Shown here: positions 55,430 through 64,000 of the stretch, piece after piece
Layout: every line of letters begins with the position of its first letter
How positions within the stretch are numbered: the stretch's first letter is position 1
The notes under the pieces: model-generated
The model's database searches: none
Seen by the model: only the letters and a program-made list of their open reading frames with translations
Told to the model about the DNA's origin: nothing
Assembly (NCBI GenBank): GCA_041690295.1
Contig: JAWLHR010000002.1
Coordinates: forward strand, 187,416 to 251,415
Direction of reading: 5' to 3'
Length of the DNA stretch: 64,000 nucleotides
DNA from: Bdellovibrionales bacterium
GTDB taxonomy: Bacteria > Bdellovibrionota > Bdellovibrionia > Bdellovibrionales > UBA1609
Translations under genes and position numbers: made by a program

Positions 55430-58400
55430 ATGCCCACTTTAGAAATCCAAAAAAATTCAGATCGACGAATCCGCGCCAGACGCGGATTGAAAGTCGAACG
55501 CAAGTTCGTGCCCGTGGATGTGTCGCCCTACGATCAAGTCGAGTGGGTGAAGCGTGAGAGTAAGGTGAAAGACGCCGATGGCTCCGATGTTTTCTCAATG
55601 AACGATCTCGAGGCGCCAAAGAGTTGGAGTCAACTGGCCGTGGACATCGCCGCGAGCAAATATCTTCGACGCTCGGGCGTGCCCGGTACGGGTCATGAGA
55701 CTTCCATTCGTCAGCTGGTTTATCGAGTGGCTCACACGATTCGCAAGGCCGGCGTGGACCTTGGATATTTTAAAAGCTCGGAAGACGCGCGGAACTTTGA
55801 AGATGAATTGACTCACATTTTGCTTCAGCAAAAAGGCGCGTTCAACAGTCCGGTTTGGTTCAATTGTGGCTTGCACCACGAATATGGAATCGGCGGCTCA
55901 GGGGGAAGTTTCTTTTGGAACTTCCGCACCGGTCAGATCGAGCGAACCTCGGAAGCCTATAAGAATCCTCAATGTTCGGCCTGTTTCATCCAAAGCGTGG
56001 ATGATGACTTGATGAGTATTTATAATCTCATCAAAAATGAAGCGCGCTTATTCAAGTACGGTTCAGGTTCGGGAACGAATTTCTCAAGATTGCGCAGTCG
56101 GTTCGAGCGTCTTTCGGGCGGCGGATCCAGTTCCGGTGTGATGAGCTTCCTGGAAGTTTTGGATCGCAGCGCGGGCGCCACCAAATCGGGCGGGACCACC
56201 CGGCGGGCCGCCAAGATGGTTTGCCTTGATATGGATCATCCCGAAATCGAGGATTTCATCACGTGGAAAATGCGCGAGGAGAAAAAGGTCAAAGCCCTGG
56301 TGGACGGCGGTTTCAGCCCGGATTTCAATGGTGAGGCCTATCGAACCGTGTCCGGGCAAAACTCCAATAACTCCGTTCGCGTCAGCGATGAATTCATGCG
56401 AGCGGTTGAGAACGATGACGTCTGGCGCACCACCGCGCGAACCACCGGCGAAGTTGTGCAAACGTACAGGGCCCGTGAACTTTGGCGCAAGATCGCCGAG
56501 GCGGCCTGGCACTGCGCGGATCCGGGGCTTCAGTTTCATAGCACCATCAATGCATGGCATACCTGTCCGGAGTCAGGGCCGATTGAAGCCAGCAATCCCT
56601 GCTCGGAGTACATGTTTTTGAATGATTCGGCTTGTAACCTTTCGTCGATCAATCTGACCAAATTTTTGGATGACGAAGGCCGATTCGATGTTGAGAGTTT
56701 CCGTCACTGTGTACGGATACTGATTCTCGCTCAGGACATTCTGGTGGATTTTTCGAGTTATCCCACCGCCGCGATCGCGGCCAATAGCCACGATTTTCGG
56801 CCGCTTGGACTGGGCTACGCGAACCTTGGCACTTTGTTGATGATCAAAGGATTACCTTATGACAGTGAGGCCGGTCGCGAGTGGGCGGGAGCGATCACCG
56901 CGCTCATCAGCGGCGAAGCCTATCGCATGAGCGCGTTGCTTGCGGCGGAAAAAGGTGCGTTCGCCGGATTTGCGAAGAACGCGCAACCGATGTTGCGGGT
57001 GATCGAGCGTCACTTGGAAAAGGCCAATGCGCTTTCCGATCGCTATGTGGACAAAAATTTACGGGCGGAGGCCGGGCGGGCGTGGCTCGAAGCTTTGGCC
57101 TTGGGGCGCCGGCATGGGTTTCGAAACTCTCAAGTGACGGTTCTCGCCCCGACCGGCACGATCGGGTTGCTCATGGACTGCGACACCACCGGCGTCGAAC
57201 CCGATTTCGCATTGGTGAAGTTTAAAAAACTCAGTGGCGGCGGTTATCTGAAAATCGTGAACCAGTCCGTACCTCTTGCGTTGCGTTCACTCGGATATTC
57301 CGATCATGAGATTGATGCGATCGTCACTTATGCCACCGGCACGCAAACGCTGAAGAATGCGCCTCACATCAACGAGCCATCGCTTCTCGATCGCGGTCTG
57401 ACCAAAGCGGATATCCAAGCCATCGAAGCGGCTTTGCCCTCGGCCACGGACCTTAACGCCGCGGTTTCGGCGTGGGTGCTCGGTCAGGAAACTCTGTCAC
57501 GCTTGGGAGTTTCGGGGGAAAAGTCAATCCTTCGAGCCCTGGGATTCACTGCGGAACAAATTGAGGAGGCGTCGGATGTGATTTGCGGTCGCATGACTGT
57601 TGAGGGCGCGCCTTATCTTAAGTCCGAACATTTGCCGGTTTTCGATTGCGCCAGCCGGTGTGGGAGAAAGGGAACACGACACATTTCGCCCATGGGACAT
57701 TTGCGAATGATGGCGGCGGCGCAACCGTTTCTGAGCGGCGCGATTTCAAAGACGGTGAATCTCCCCAATGAGATCGCCGTCGAGGAAATCGAGGATCTGT
57801 ATTTTCAGGCGTGGAAGCTCGGTTTGAAAGCGGTCGCCGTGTACCGCGATGGATGTAAACTGAGCCAGCCTTTGAACAGCGCCAAGAAAGAAAAAGCCGA
57901 AGCGTCAGCGGAGTTGACGCCCGGAAGACGACGAAAGTTACCGTACAAGAGAAACGGCCGAACGATCGAGGCTCGGGTCGGTGGTCATCAGGTCTATGTC
58001 CGTACGGGTGAGTTCGCGGACGGTACGCTGGGTGAAGTTTTCATCGATATGCATAAAGAAGGCGCAACGTTCCGAAGCTTGCTCAATTGCTTCGCGATTT
58101 CGGTTTCGCTTGGACTGCAGTATGGCGTTCCCTTGGAGCAATTTGTTGAAAAGTTCGTATTCACGAGGTTTGAGCCGGCGGGTTTTGTTGATCATCCCCA
58201 TCTCAAACAAGCCACGAGTATTTTGGATTATATATTCCGGCTGTTGGCCTTTGAGTACTTGGGGAAAACGGAATTGGTCCATGTGAAACCGGATTCCGCG
58301 GGCCACCCCACGGAACCGAACGCCACGGCTCTCGCGACCGTCATGAGTGACGCGCCACTATGCAATGAATGCGGCCACGTCACGGTTCGAAATGGAACTT

Positions 58401-58444
58401 GTTACCGGTGCCTAAATTGTGGAAACTCGATGGGATGCTCTTAG
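55430..58444 (+). CDS. nrdJ: Class II (adenosylcobalamin-dependent) ribonucleotide reductase with C-terminal TSCPD/Zn-ribbon region
   Basis: [53 protein letters not shown], terminal CNEC...CLNC; AAGGAG SD. Confidence 0.95.
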   Translation: MPTLEIQKNSDRRIRARRGLKVERKFVPVDVSPYDQVEWVKRESKVKDADGSDVFSMNDLEAPKSWSQLAVDIAASKYLRRSGVPGTGHETSIRQLVYRVAHTIRKAGVDLGYFKSSEDARNFEDELTHILLQQKGAFNSPVWFNCGLHHEYGIGGSGGSFFWNFRTGQIERTSEAYKNPQCSACFIQSVDDDLMSIYNLIKNEARLFKYGSGSGTNFSRLRSRFERLSGGGSSSGVMSFLEVLDRSAGATKSGGTTRRAAKMVCLDMDHPEIEDFITWKMREEKKVKALVDGGFSPDFNGEAYRTVSGQNSNNSVRVSDEFMRAVENDDVWRTTARTTGEVVQTYRARELWRKIAEAAWHCADPGLQFHSTINAWHTCPESGPIEASNPCSEYMFLNDSACNLSSINLTKFLDDEGRFDVESFRHCVRILILAQDILVDFSSYPTAAIAANSHDFRPLGLGYANLGTLLMIKGLPYDSEAGREWAGAITALISGEAYRMSALLAAEKGAFAGFAKNAQPMLRVIERHLEKANALSDRYVDKNLRAEAGRAWLEALALGRRHGFRNSQVTVLAPTGTIGLLMDCDTTGVEPDFALVKFKKLSGGGYLKIVNQSVPLALRSLGYSDHEIDAIVTYATGTQTLKNAPHINEPSLLDRGLTKADIQAIEAALPSATDLNAAVSAWVLGQETLSRLGVSGEKSILRALGFTAEQIEEASDVICGRMTVEGAPYLKSEHLPVFDCASRCGRKGTRHISPMGHLRMMAAAQPFLSGAISKTVNLPNEIAVEEIEDLYFQAWKLGLKAVAVYRDGCKLSQPLNSAKKEKAEASAELTPGRRRKLPYKRNGRTIEARVGGHQVYVRTGEFADGTLGEVFIDMHKEGATFRSLLNCFAISVSLGLQYGVPLEQFVEKFVFTRFEPAGFVDHPHLKQATSILDYIFRLLAFEYLGKTELVHVKPDSAGHPTEPNATALATVMSDAPLCNECGHVTVRNGTCYRCLNCGNSMGCS

Positions 58445-58452
58445 GAGGGAAA

Positions 58453-59676
58453 ATGAATCGAGCGATTTGGATTTTTTTGGTGTTGGCGGGCGGTCCGGTC
58501 TGGGCTGTCACGGATCGGATTGAAATCGGTGGGTCAGCGCGTGTGCGAGCGGAATTTCGCGATAACGCGGACTTCAATCAAGCCACCAAAGATTACTCCG
58601 ATAATATTGGCTCGCGTCTTCGGATCGACGCCAAATTCAAAGCCAATGAAAAGGCCAGTTTGTTCTTTCAACCCCAGTTCACCAAAATCTGGGGGGAGCC
58701 GGAGTTTGTTCCCACCGGCGCCGGCGCCAACACGGCTATGAACACAAGTGGCGCGACTCATGACACCGGCCTTGATATCCATCAGGGTTTTCTCTCCTAT
58801 TCGACCTCGGAAGAGTTATCGATTCTGCTGGGTCGAAAGGAATTAAATTACGGAGACGAGTTGCTTGTCGGCGGTGTGGGCTGGAGTCATGTTGGGCGAT
58901 CATTTGACCTTGTTCTGGCGGAGTACAAGCATCAGTGGGGACGGATTGATGGATTTTACTCAATGGTGGTGGACCGTAACGTCAGCTCGGCGGCCGCAGG
59001 AGATCGCGATTTCTCCGGTTTGTATTTCGCCAATCGGTTTTCTGATTATTTGAGTCATGCGGATTTTTATGTTTTTCACCTCAACGATAGCGGTGTGAAT
59101 CCCAAAACAAGTACGACCGCCTATGGACTGCGGCTTAAGTCGCCGGTGGAGCGCTTTGATTATCGGGTGGAAGCCACACTTGAGAACGTTAAAGGTGTGG
59201 GCAGTCAGGATGAACATCAATTCGATGTGGAGTTGGGTTACACGTTTCTCGAGGCCGCGAAGCTTCGCTTGGCGGTTGAATATTTTTACGCCACGGCGAA
59301 TTTCGATCAGCTCTTTCCGACGGGACATAAGTGGTTGGGATACGCGGATTTGTTTTCGCGACGGAACATCAAGGGCTACCATGCGCGCCTTTCGGGTCAA
59401 CCCACCGATAGTTTGACGCTGGCCCTGGACTATCATGTCTTTGAACGGCAAGAGACGAGCCAACCGGCATATAAATTCAATGGCACGGCTTACGGAACGA
59501 CGGGCGAATCCTCGGCGATCGCCACCGAGATTGATTTTGTGGTGGCTTATAAAGTGGATGATAATCTGACTCTTGAAGGCGGCGCCGCCCGGGTGCAACC
59601 GGAAGACTATTTAAAAGATAACGGTGGGCCCGATCAGGCCTACTTTTATTACTTGCAAACGACGCTAATGTTTTGA
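58453..59676 (+). CDS. Alginate-export (AlgE)-family outer-membrane beta-barrel
   Basis: Signal peptide, RVRAE, GRKELNYGDELLVG..W..VGRSFD, FPTGHKWLGYAD, terminal Phe. Confidence 0.82.
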   Translation: MNRAIWIFLVLAGGPVWAVTDRIEIGGSARVRAEFRDNADFNQATKDYSDNIGSRLRIDAKFKANEKASLFFQPQFTKIWGEPEFVPTGAGANTAMNTSGATHDTGLDIHQGFLSYSTSEELSILLGRKELNYGDELLVGGVGWSHVGRSFDLVLAEYKHQWGRIDGFYSMVVDRNVSSAAAGDRDFSGLYFANRFSDYLSHADFYVFHLNDSGVNPKTSTTAYGLRLKSPVERFDYRVEATLENVKGVGSQDEHQFDVELGYTFLEAAKLRLAVEYFYATANFDQLFPTGHKWLGYADLFSRRNIKGYHARLSGQPTDSLTLALDYHVFERQETSQPAYKFNGTAYGTTGESSAIATEIDFVVAYKVDDNLTLEGGAARVQPEDYLKDNGGPDQAYFYYLQTTLMF

Positions 59677-59683
59677 TGATGAG

Positions 59684-60835
59684 TTAGTGAACTCGTCCAT
59701 CCACACGTGGTTGCCAAAGGAAGGGGGCGATTCGGGTGCCGATGATCAGGAATCCGAGCGCCCATCCGATGGCCGACAGGAGAATCCACTTCATGTAATA
59801 CTGCGGCCAGACTTGAGTGAGAATCAGTCTGGCGATCGCGCCGAGGAAAATACTTAAAAAGCCGAGGCGATCGCTTGTGGTGAAGCGAATGGTTCGCCCG
59901 GTGTGGCCGTGGGAGATGCGAAGGAGCATGCCCGGGATGATGAGACCCATACAAATAAAAGTGAATACGTGCAGGGACAAAGTGCCCACGCCGGCATAAA
60001 CTCCACCGACCTTCACGGCCTCGAAGAGGAAGTGAAAAATCAATCCCAGATGACCGATGTACATGATCGCGATTCCAAAATTGCTAAGACCCGCGAGCGG
60101 CGACCAGGTCAAATACCGTGCGAACATCAGTGTTCCCGTGGCCCCAAGCAGGAGGGCCGAGGGAAGGCTTGGCAAAAAGCTTGAGAACGCCGATGCCAAG
60201 ACCAAAAATTTAATTGCCGTATCCAACCGGGCGTTTCGCGTGAGGTGCACACTCAGGGCGTTCTTCATGAATTGGGTCGTGGTTCGCTCCAGCATCACGG
60301 CAAAGGCGAGGCGATAAAGGCCAACGCTGAGAGCGACGCCATCGGCGTAGGTTTCTTGAAAAAGGATCATGTTTTTGGCGATCAGAAAAATCGGAAGTCC
60401 GATCATGAAAAAATAATTGTCTTTAAAACTGTCCTGCTTGCGGTAGCGGATCAGGGAGTAAAGGACGTAGTCGGCGCAGGCGAGGATGAAGACGTTGAGC
60501 AAAATCAGCCGGAGCGGTTCGGGAAATCGAGCGGCCTGAAGCACAACAAGCCGTTCTAAAATCCACGCGGCAGTGATCAAGGCCAGCGGAGGTCCGTGGA
60601 TGCCGCGGATTTTGACCCAATTTTTACTGGCGGTGAGTAAAAACCCGCCCAGAACGGCCCAACCGAATCCATAAAGCATTTCGTGCGCGTGCCATTGGGT
60701 GAGCGGGAGTGAGGCCGCCGGCAATTGCAAGCGGCCGGAATAGATCAGACCCCAAGCAATGGGAAATCCAACACCGGAAATCAAAGCGAGTAAAAACAAA
60801 GGACGGAAACCGGCCAGCCATAGAGCAGAGGTCAT
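59684..60835 (-). CDS. nnrS: NnrS-family heme-copper membrane protein
   Basis: GFRPLF, WHAHEMLYGF, GFLLTA..NW, LHVFT, RISHGHTGR. Confidence 0.93.
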   Translation of the reverse strand: MTSALWLAGFRPLFLLALISGVGFPIAWGLIYSGRLQLPAASLPLTQWHAHEMLYGFGWAVLGGFLLTASKNWVKIRGIHGPPLALITAAWILERLVVLQAARFPEPLRLILLNVFILACADYVLYSLIRYRKQDSFKDNYFFMIGLPIFLIAKNMILFQETYADGVALSVGLYRLAFAVMLERTTTQFMKNALSVHLTRNARLDTAIKFLVLASAFSSFLPSLPSALLLGATGTLMFARYLTWSPLAGLSNFGIAIMYIGHLGLIFHFLFEAVKVGGVYAGVGTLSLHVFTFICMGLIIPGMLLRISHGHTGRTIRFTTSDRLGFLSIFLGAIARLILTQVWPQYYMKWILLSAIGWALGFLIIGTRIAPFLWQPRVDGRVH

Positions 60836-60843
60836 TGACCAAT

Positions 60844-61275
60844 CTATTTGACCAAGGCCAGATATTTGGCAAGGCGATCTTTGTTCATGGCGAAATTCTT
60901 CGCCATTTTCTCGGCTTCTTTTTTGGCCGCGTCAAGATTTGTAGGTTTTCCGACTTGAATCACGCCGGCCATGCCCATGGGCAGATGGGGATCGCATTTA
61001 AAAATGTAAACACCTTCTTTGTCCAATTTGACGGTTAATTTCTCATCCATTTTCCCCGTCCAACCTTTCGCACCGGATGGGACCACGGCGGATGTGGAAT
61101 TATGAGTTTTATCGGTCGGCACAAAGGTGACAGTGTCTCCCGGTTGCACTTGTATAAATCCGGGCTCAAAGGTCATCATTCCATCGGCACCGTTGTTTTT
61201 CATTTGAATTTCAACATTCTTCCCATGAGCGGTCAGGCTAAGGAAAATGAATGCAAATAAGGTGATTTGTTTCAT
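60844..61275 (-). CDS. Pseudoazurin (type 1 blue copper protein)
   Basis: Signal peptide, MTFEPGFIQVQPGDTVTF, HNS, KCDPHLPMGM; ATG 61275. Confidence 0.92.
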   Translation of the reverse strand: MKQITLFAFIFLSLTAHGKNVEIQMKNNGADGMMTFEPGFIQVQPGDTVTFVPTDKTHNSTSAVVPSGAKGWTGKMDEKLTVKLDKEGVYIFKCDPHLPMGMAGVIQVGKPTNLDAAKKEAEKMAKNFAMNKDRLAKYLALVK

Positions 61276-61372
61276 AGGGGTATTTCCTTTGTGAAGGGTG
61301 AATTCAGCCCGCAAGCGCATCTCTCGCGGCCTCAGCGGAAATCTATCTGCCATAGCAAAATCGGCCGTGGTT

Positions 61373-61386
61373 ATGACTTACGTCAT
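61373..61386. promoter_or_regulatory. Crp/Fnr-like palindromic operator upstream of pseudoazurin-nnrS
   Basis: ATGAC-TTAC-GTCAT. Confidence 0.55.
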
Positions 61387-61443
61387 GCGAAGCGATCCAG
61401 ATCGAGTGGTCGAACATAAGTTATTCGGTGAATTGTGTGGGGT

Positions 61444-61465
61444 GAACCGTGCCCGGGCACGGTTC
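61444..61465. repeat. Perfect 22-bp GC-rich palindrome (REP-like)
   Basis: GAACCGTGCCCGGGCACGGTTC is its own reverse complement. Confidence 0.8.
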
Positions 61466-61479
61466 CCGAGCAGTATCTT

Positions 61480-62413
61480 GACGTGGAACACGCTTTCATT
61501 TTCCTACAATGACAATGGGGAGATGATTTCGCGAACTAATAGTTCAACCAGCATTACGACTAATTACACTTACGATGTATTTGGCCATATGCTATCCGCC
61601 TCGATATCAGGTGGAATGGATGTGGATTATGTTGTCGATCTGCTGGGGCGACGAGTGATGCGATCGTCCTCGAATACTGAAACTGGGAGATATCTTTATA
61701 ACGGTCAGTATCAGGTTATCGGTGAGATGAATCCGGACAATACCGTAAAGCGTATGTTTGTGTACGGTTCTCGAACTCACGTGCCAGACTATTACACTGA
61801 TGGCACGAATAGTTATCAATTTTTAACGGATCACCGTGGATCAGTACGACTAATCGTCAAGGTTTCTGATGGAAGTGTTCAGCTTCGTCGAGACTACGAT
61901 GAATTTGGGACAATCACTTTTAGCTCAGGATCTTTGGATCAGCCCTTCGGCTTCGCAGGAGGGGTCTATGATAGCGAAACCAACCTTGTGCAATTCGGCG
62001 AACGGGATTATGATGCTGAGACCGGGCGGTGGACGAGTAAGGACCCGATTCTGTTCGCGGGTGGGGATACGAATCTGTATGGGTATGTGTTGTCAGATCC
62101 GATTAATTTTATTGATCCAAGCGGTTTGTACCAGGTTTGCACTAGGCCAGTTCAAGGTTTGCCCATGTTTGATCACTCCTACATCAGGTTTCCAGAAGGT
62201 GATACCATTTCATGGGGACCAGAAAGCGGTTTCTGGGGACCTGGTAGAAATAATCCAAATGATTCAGGTGGAACGTGTGGACCAAACCAGGATTCTACAC
62301 CAGAACAAGACCAGCGCATGAGGGATTGGGCGCGGCAGAACGAAAGAAGGTTCTATGATCCAATTTTCAACAATTGTCATAGCTTCGTTCGAGACACAAT
62401 TAGAAATAGGTAG
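61480..62413 (+). pseudogene. 5'-truncated (orphan) Rhs core plus C-terminal toxin domain; left boundary approximate
   Basis: YD-type repeats, YQFLTDHRGSVR, RDYDAETGRWTSKDPI, DPINFIDPSGL; no N-terminal Rhs body or clear SD. Confidence 0.85.
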
Positions 62414-62420
62414 GTTTTAG

Positions 62421-62732
62421 ATGTCGCTACATTTGATATTAACTTTTCTTTACTGGATCGCAGGGGCTGGGCTTTTGATATGGGCAAATATTGGTTATAT
62501 GCGGTTTGGCCCTGAAGGCGGAATTGGTCCGATTACTTTGCTGAACTTCTTGGCCATGCCCATCGCGTTGCCTTAAAACTATTTACTTACAGTGATCGGC
62601 CCATATGTTTGGCCTGAGAAGGGTTCGCTGATCGCAAGCAATTTCGTTGCATTTGTTGTCCTAGTTGCAGGGTACCTCCAGTGGTTTTATTTGTTTCCTT
62701 GGATCTTTAACAAGATCCGAGGAATGCTCTAG
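62421..62732 (+). pseudogene. Putative membrane immunity protein interrupted by in-frame TAA (62574-62576)
   Basis: Manual translation MSLHLILTF...PIALP*NYLL...GYLQWFYLFPW...; hydrophobic frame continues 51 codons past the stop. Confidence 0.65.
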
Positions 62733-62764
62733 TCTTTTCATCATGGAATCCGTTTTTATGCCAA

Positions 62765-62783
62765 CAGTGCCAAACCAGTGCCA
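62765..62783. repeat. Direct repeat CAGTGCCA x2 (11-bp period), integrase arm-site-like
   Basis: 62765-62772 and 62776-62783, plus partial ATGCCA at 62758. Confidence 0.5.
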
Positions 62784-62912
62784 TAAAAATTCAGAAAATT
62801 CGGAAAATCTGATCAAAAACGGCCATCGGGTCCTTACACTCACACAAAAATCGCTGCAACTTGCAGTCGATGTTTACGATGAAGGACTCAATAAAAATTG
62901 AGGGAGGTATTA

Positions 62913-63305
62913 ATGCATTACGACGATCAACAGTTTTTTAAAGATGTCTATGATGAACTGGCAAACAAAGTGAGGGTCGTTATTGAGTGGGATGGTTACC
63001 AGTCAGGCAATGACGAAGAGAAGAAAAAATATTTCGAGGATCTTGTAGAAACTGAAGGCGTCACGGCAAGCAAGTTCCTTGGCGCTGATCCGTGGACAGG
63101 CAATCAGCCCTTATTGGAAGAGGCAAAAAAACAAATAAAGGATTTGCTTACGGAGCGGACAAAATATGTCGTTGCGAAAATGCCCAAACAGATTTTTGAT
63201 CACTGCAAAAACTCTAAGTACTTTGACCGTCTTTCAAGGCAAATTGAAACGAACAACAAGGAAAAGCTCACCGTGTTGGTTGAAGACCTGTGGTTTCCGT
63301 ATTGA
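62913..63305 (+). CDS. Hypothetical protein
   Basis: GGAGG SD, 130 aa; no family recognised. Confidence 0.6.
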   Translation: MHYDDQQFFKDVYDELANKVRVVIEWDGYQSGNDEEKKKYFEDLVETEGVTASKFLGADPWTGNQPLLEEAKKQIKDLLTERTKYVVAKMPKQIFDHCKNSKYFDRLSRQIETNNKEKLTVLVEDLWFPY

Positions 63306-63907
63306 TGCCGCCATATAGTCGTCGTGTCTCGAATACATTTGAGTGGCCCATGAGCAACTGCAATTCCTGCATGCTGCCGCCGCTAGCCAGAAAGTTGACG
63401 GCGAATGAGTGGCGCAGATCAAGGAGGTTCCATGGGCGCTTGTAGTGGCTCCGCGCTTTAAACTCGTTGATGGCGATGCTGAGTTTCGTGCGTGTGAACG
63501 GTTCACGGTAGTAAGTTTTAAACACGTGGCCAGTTTCTTTGCGCTTCTTTGAAAGGATATCGGCCAACTCTTCTGAGATCGGCAAAAGGCGCCCTTGGCT
63601 TTTCTCTGTACCCATGAAGTGGACCGTGCGTTTGATGCAATCAACTTGGCTCCATTTCAGATCCACGACTTCAGTCACCTTCGCGCCAGTCTCCACGAAT
63701 AGCTTAAGAATCGGATAAAGGTAACCTGGAGAGTATTTCTTCGCAGCGTCGAGCAGTTTTTCAATTTCGTGCGGCGATAGGTGGTTCCGTGTGATAGCAT
63801 CAGGCGGAGTTCTTCTGTAATAAATTTCTCTGAGCGGTGACTCCGAGATGATTTCCTTTTCGATCAAGAACTCGAAGAGTCGGTCCAGTGTGCATTTAAG
63901 GCTGGAG
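63268..63907 (-). pseudogene. N-terminally truncated, catalytically degenerate tyrosine recombinase
   Basis: LKCTLDRLFEFLIEKEII..SPL, ETGAKVTEV (R->K), DLRHSFA (H->D), LMGH, TRRLY. Confidence 0.8.
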
Positions 63908-64000
63908 TGCGGGCGCCGGACTGGATAGTTTAGACGTCTCAGTTTGAAACAATTCGGCAGGATTTCCGATAAGAGAAATAGGAGATTCTGTCATGACAAG
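63908..64000 (+). mobile_element. Probable left end of an insertion sequence (IS3-like), ORF starting at 63993
   Basis: Recombinase similarity stops near 63907; TG...ATAGTTTAGAC terminal-like sequence; AGGAG SD + ATG ACA AG at the window edge. Confidence 0.35.

Noticed and set aside
61298..61480. N-terminal part of the 371-aa ORF as real Rhs coding sequence
   Set aside because: It runs through the pseudoazurin promoter, operator and palindrome; Rhs-like sequence starts only near 61480

Overview
A 64 kb piece of a bacterial chromosome, most likely from a Bdellovibrionales-like organism (Bdellovibrionota). This is inferred from the style of the RpoA/RpoB/RpoC sequences, the EF-G type and gene content; no database search was run. 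(1) 1-34 kb: housekeeping core with a sigma54 regulator fragment, proS, pyrF, rlmB, 5 tRNAs, tuf, secE-nusG-rplKAJL-rpoBC and the str/S10/spc/alpha ribosomal clusters. rpmG, rplX, rpsN, map, infA, rpsD and the str-linked tuf are absent from their usual positions. The str-operon EF-G has lost the domain-IV translocation motifs. (2) 34-45.5 kb: envelope and sugar genes (GT4, TlpA, TIGR03545/46, DegT-type aminotransferase, manC, MscS, M48) and a candidate secreted amidase plus partner pair. (3) 45.6-61.4 kb: a low-oxygen/nitric-oxide module, the most notable part. It holds ferredoxin-hpf, a Dnr/HcpR-like Crp/Fnr regulator and a TyrDC-like decarboxylase. It also holds a six-gene operon: small subunit, CuA subunit II, heme-copper subunit I with Tyr->Gln (eNOR-type), membrane-extended SCO, a Rieske-less cytochrome b-2[4Fe-4S]-MvhD-like fusion, and a second heme-copper subunit I paralogue lacking the CuB/FeB His-His. 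Class II RNR, an AlgE-like porin, NnrS and pseudoazurin complete the block. Matching sigma54-like promoters and ATGAY-N4-RTCAT palindromes link its transcription units. (4) 61.4-64 kb: a decayed, lower-GC mobile edge with an orphan Rhs toxin, a nonsense-broken immunity gene, a degenerate tyrosine recombinase and a probable IS left end.
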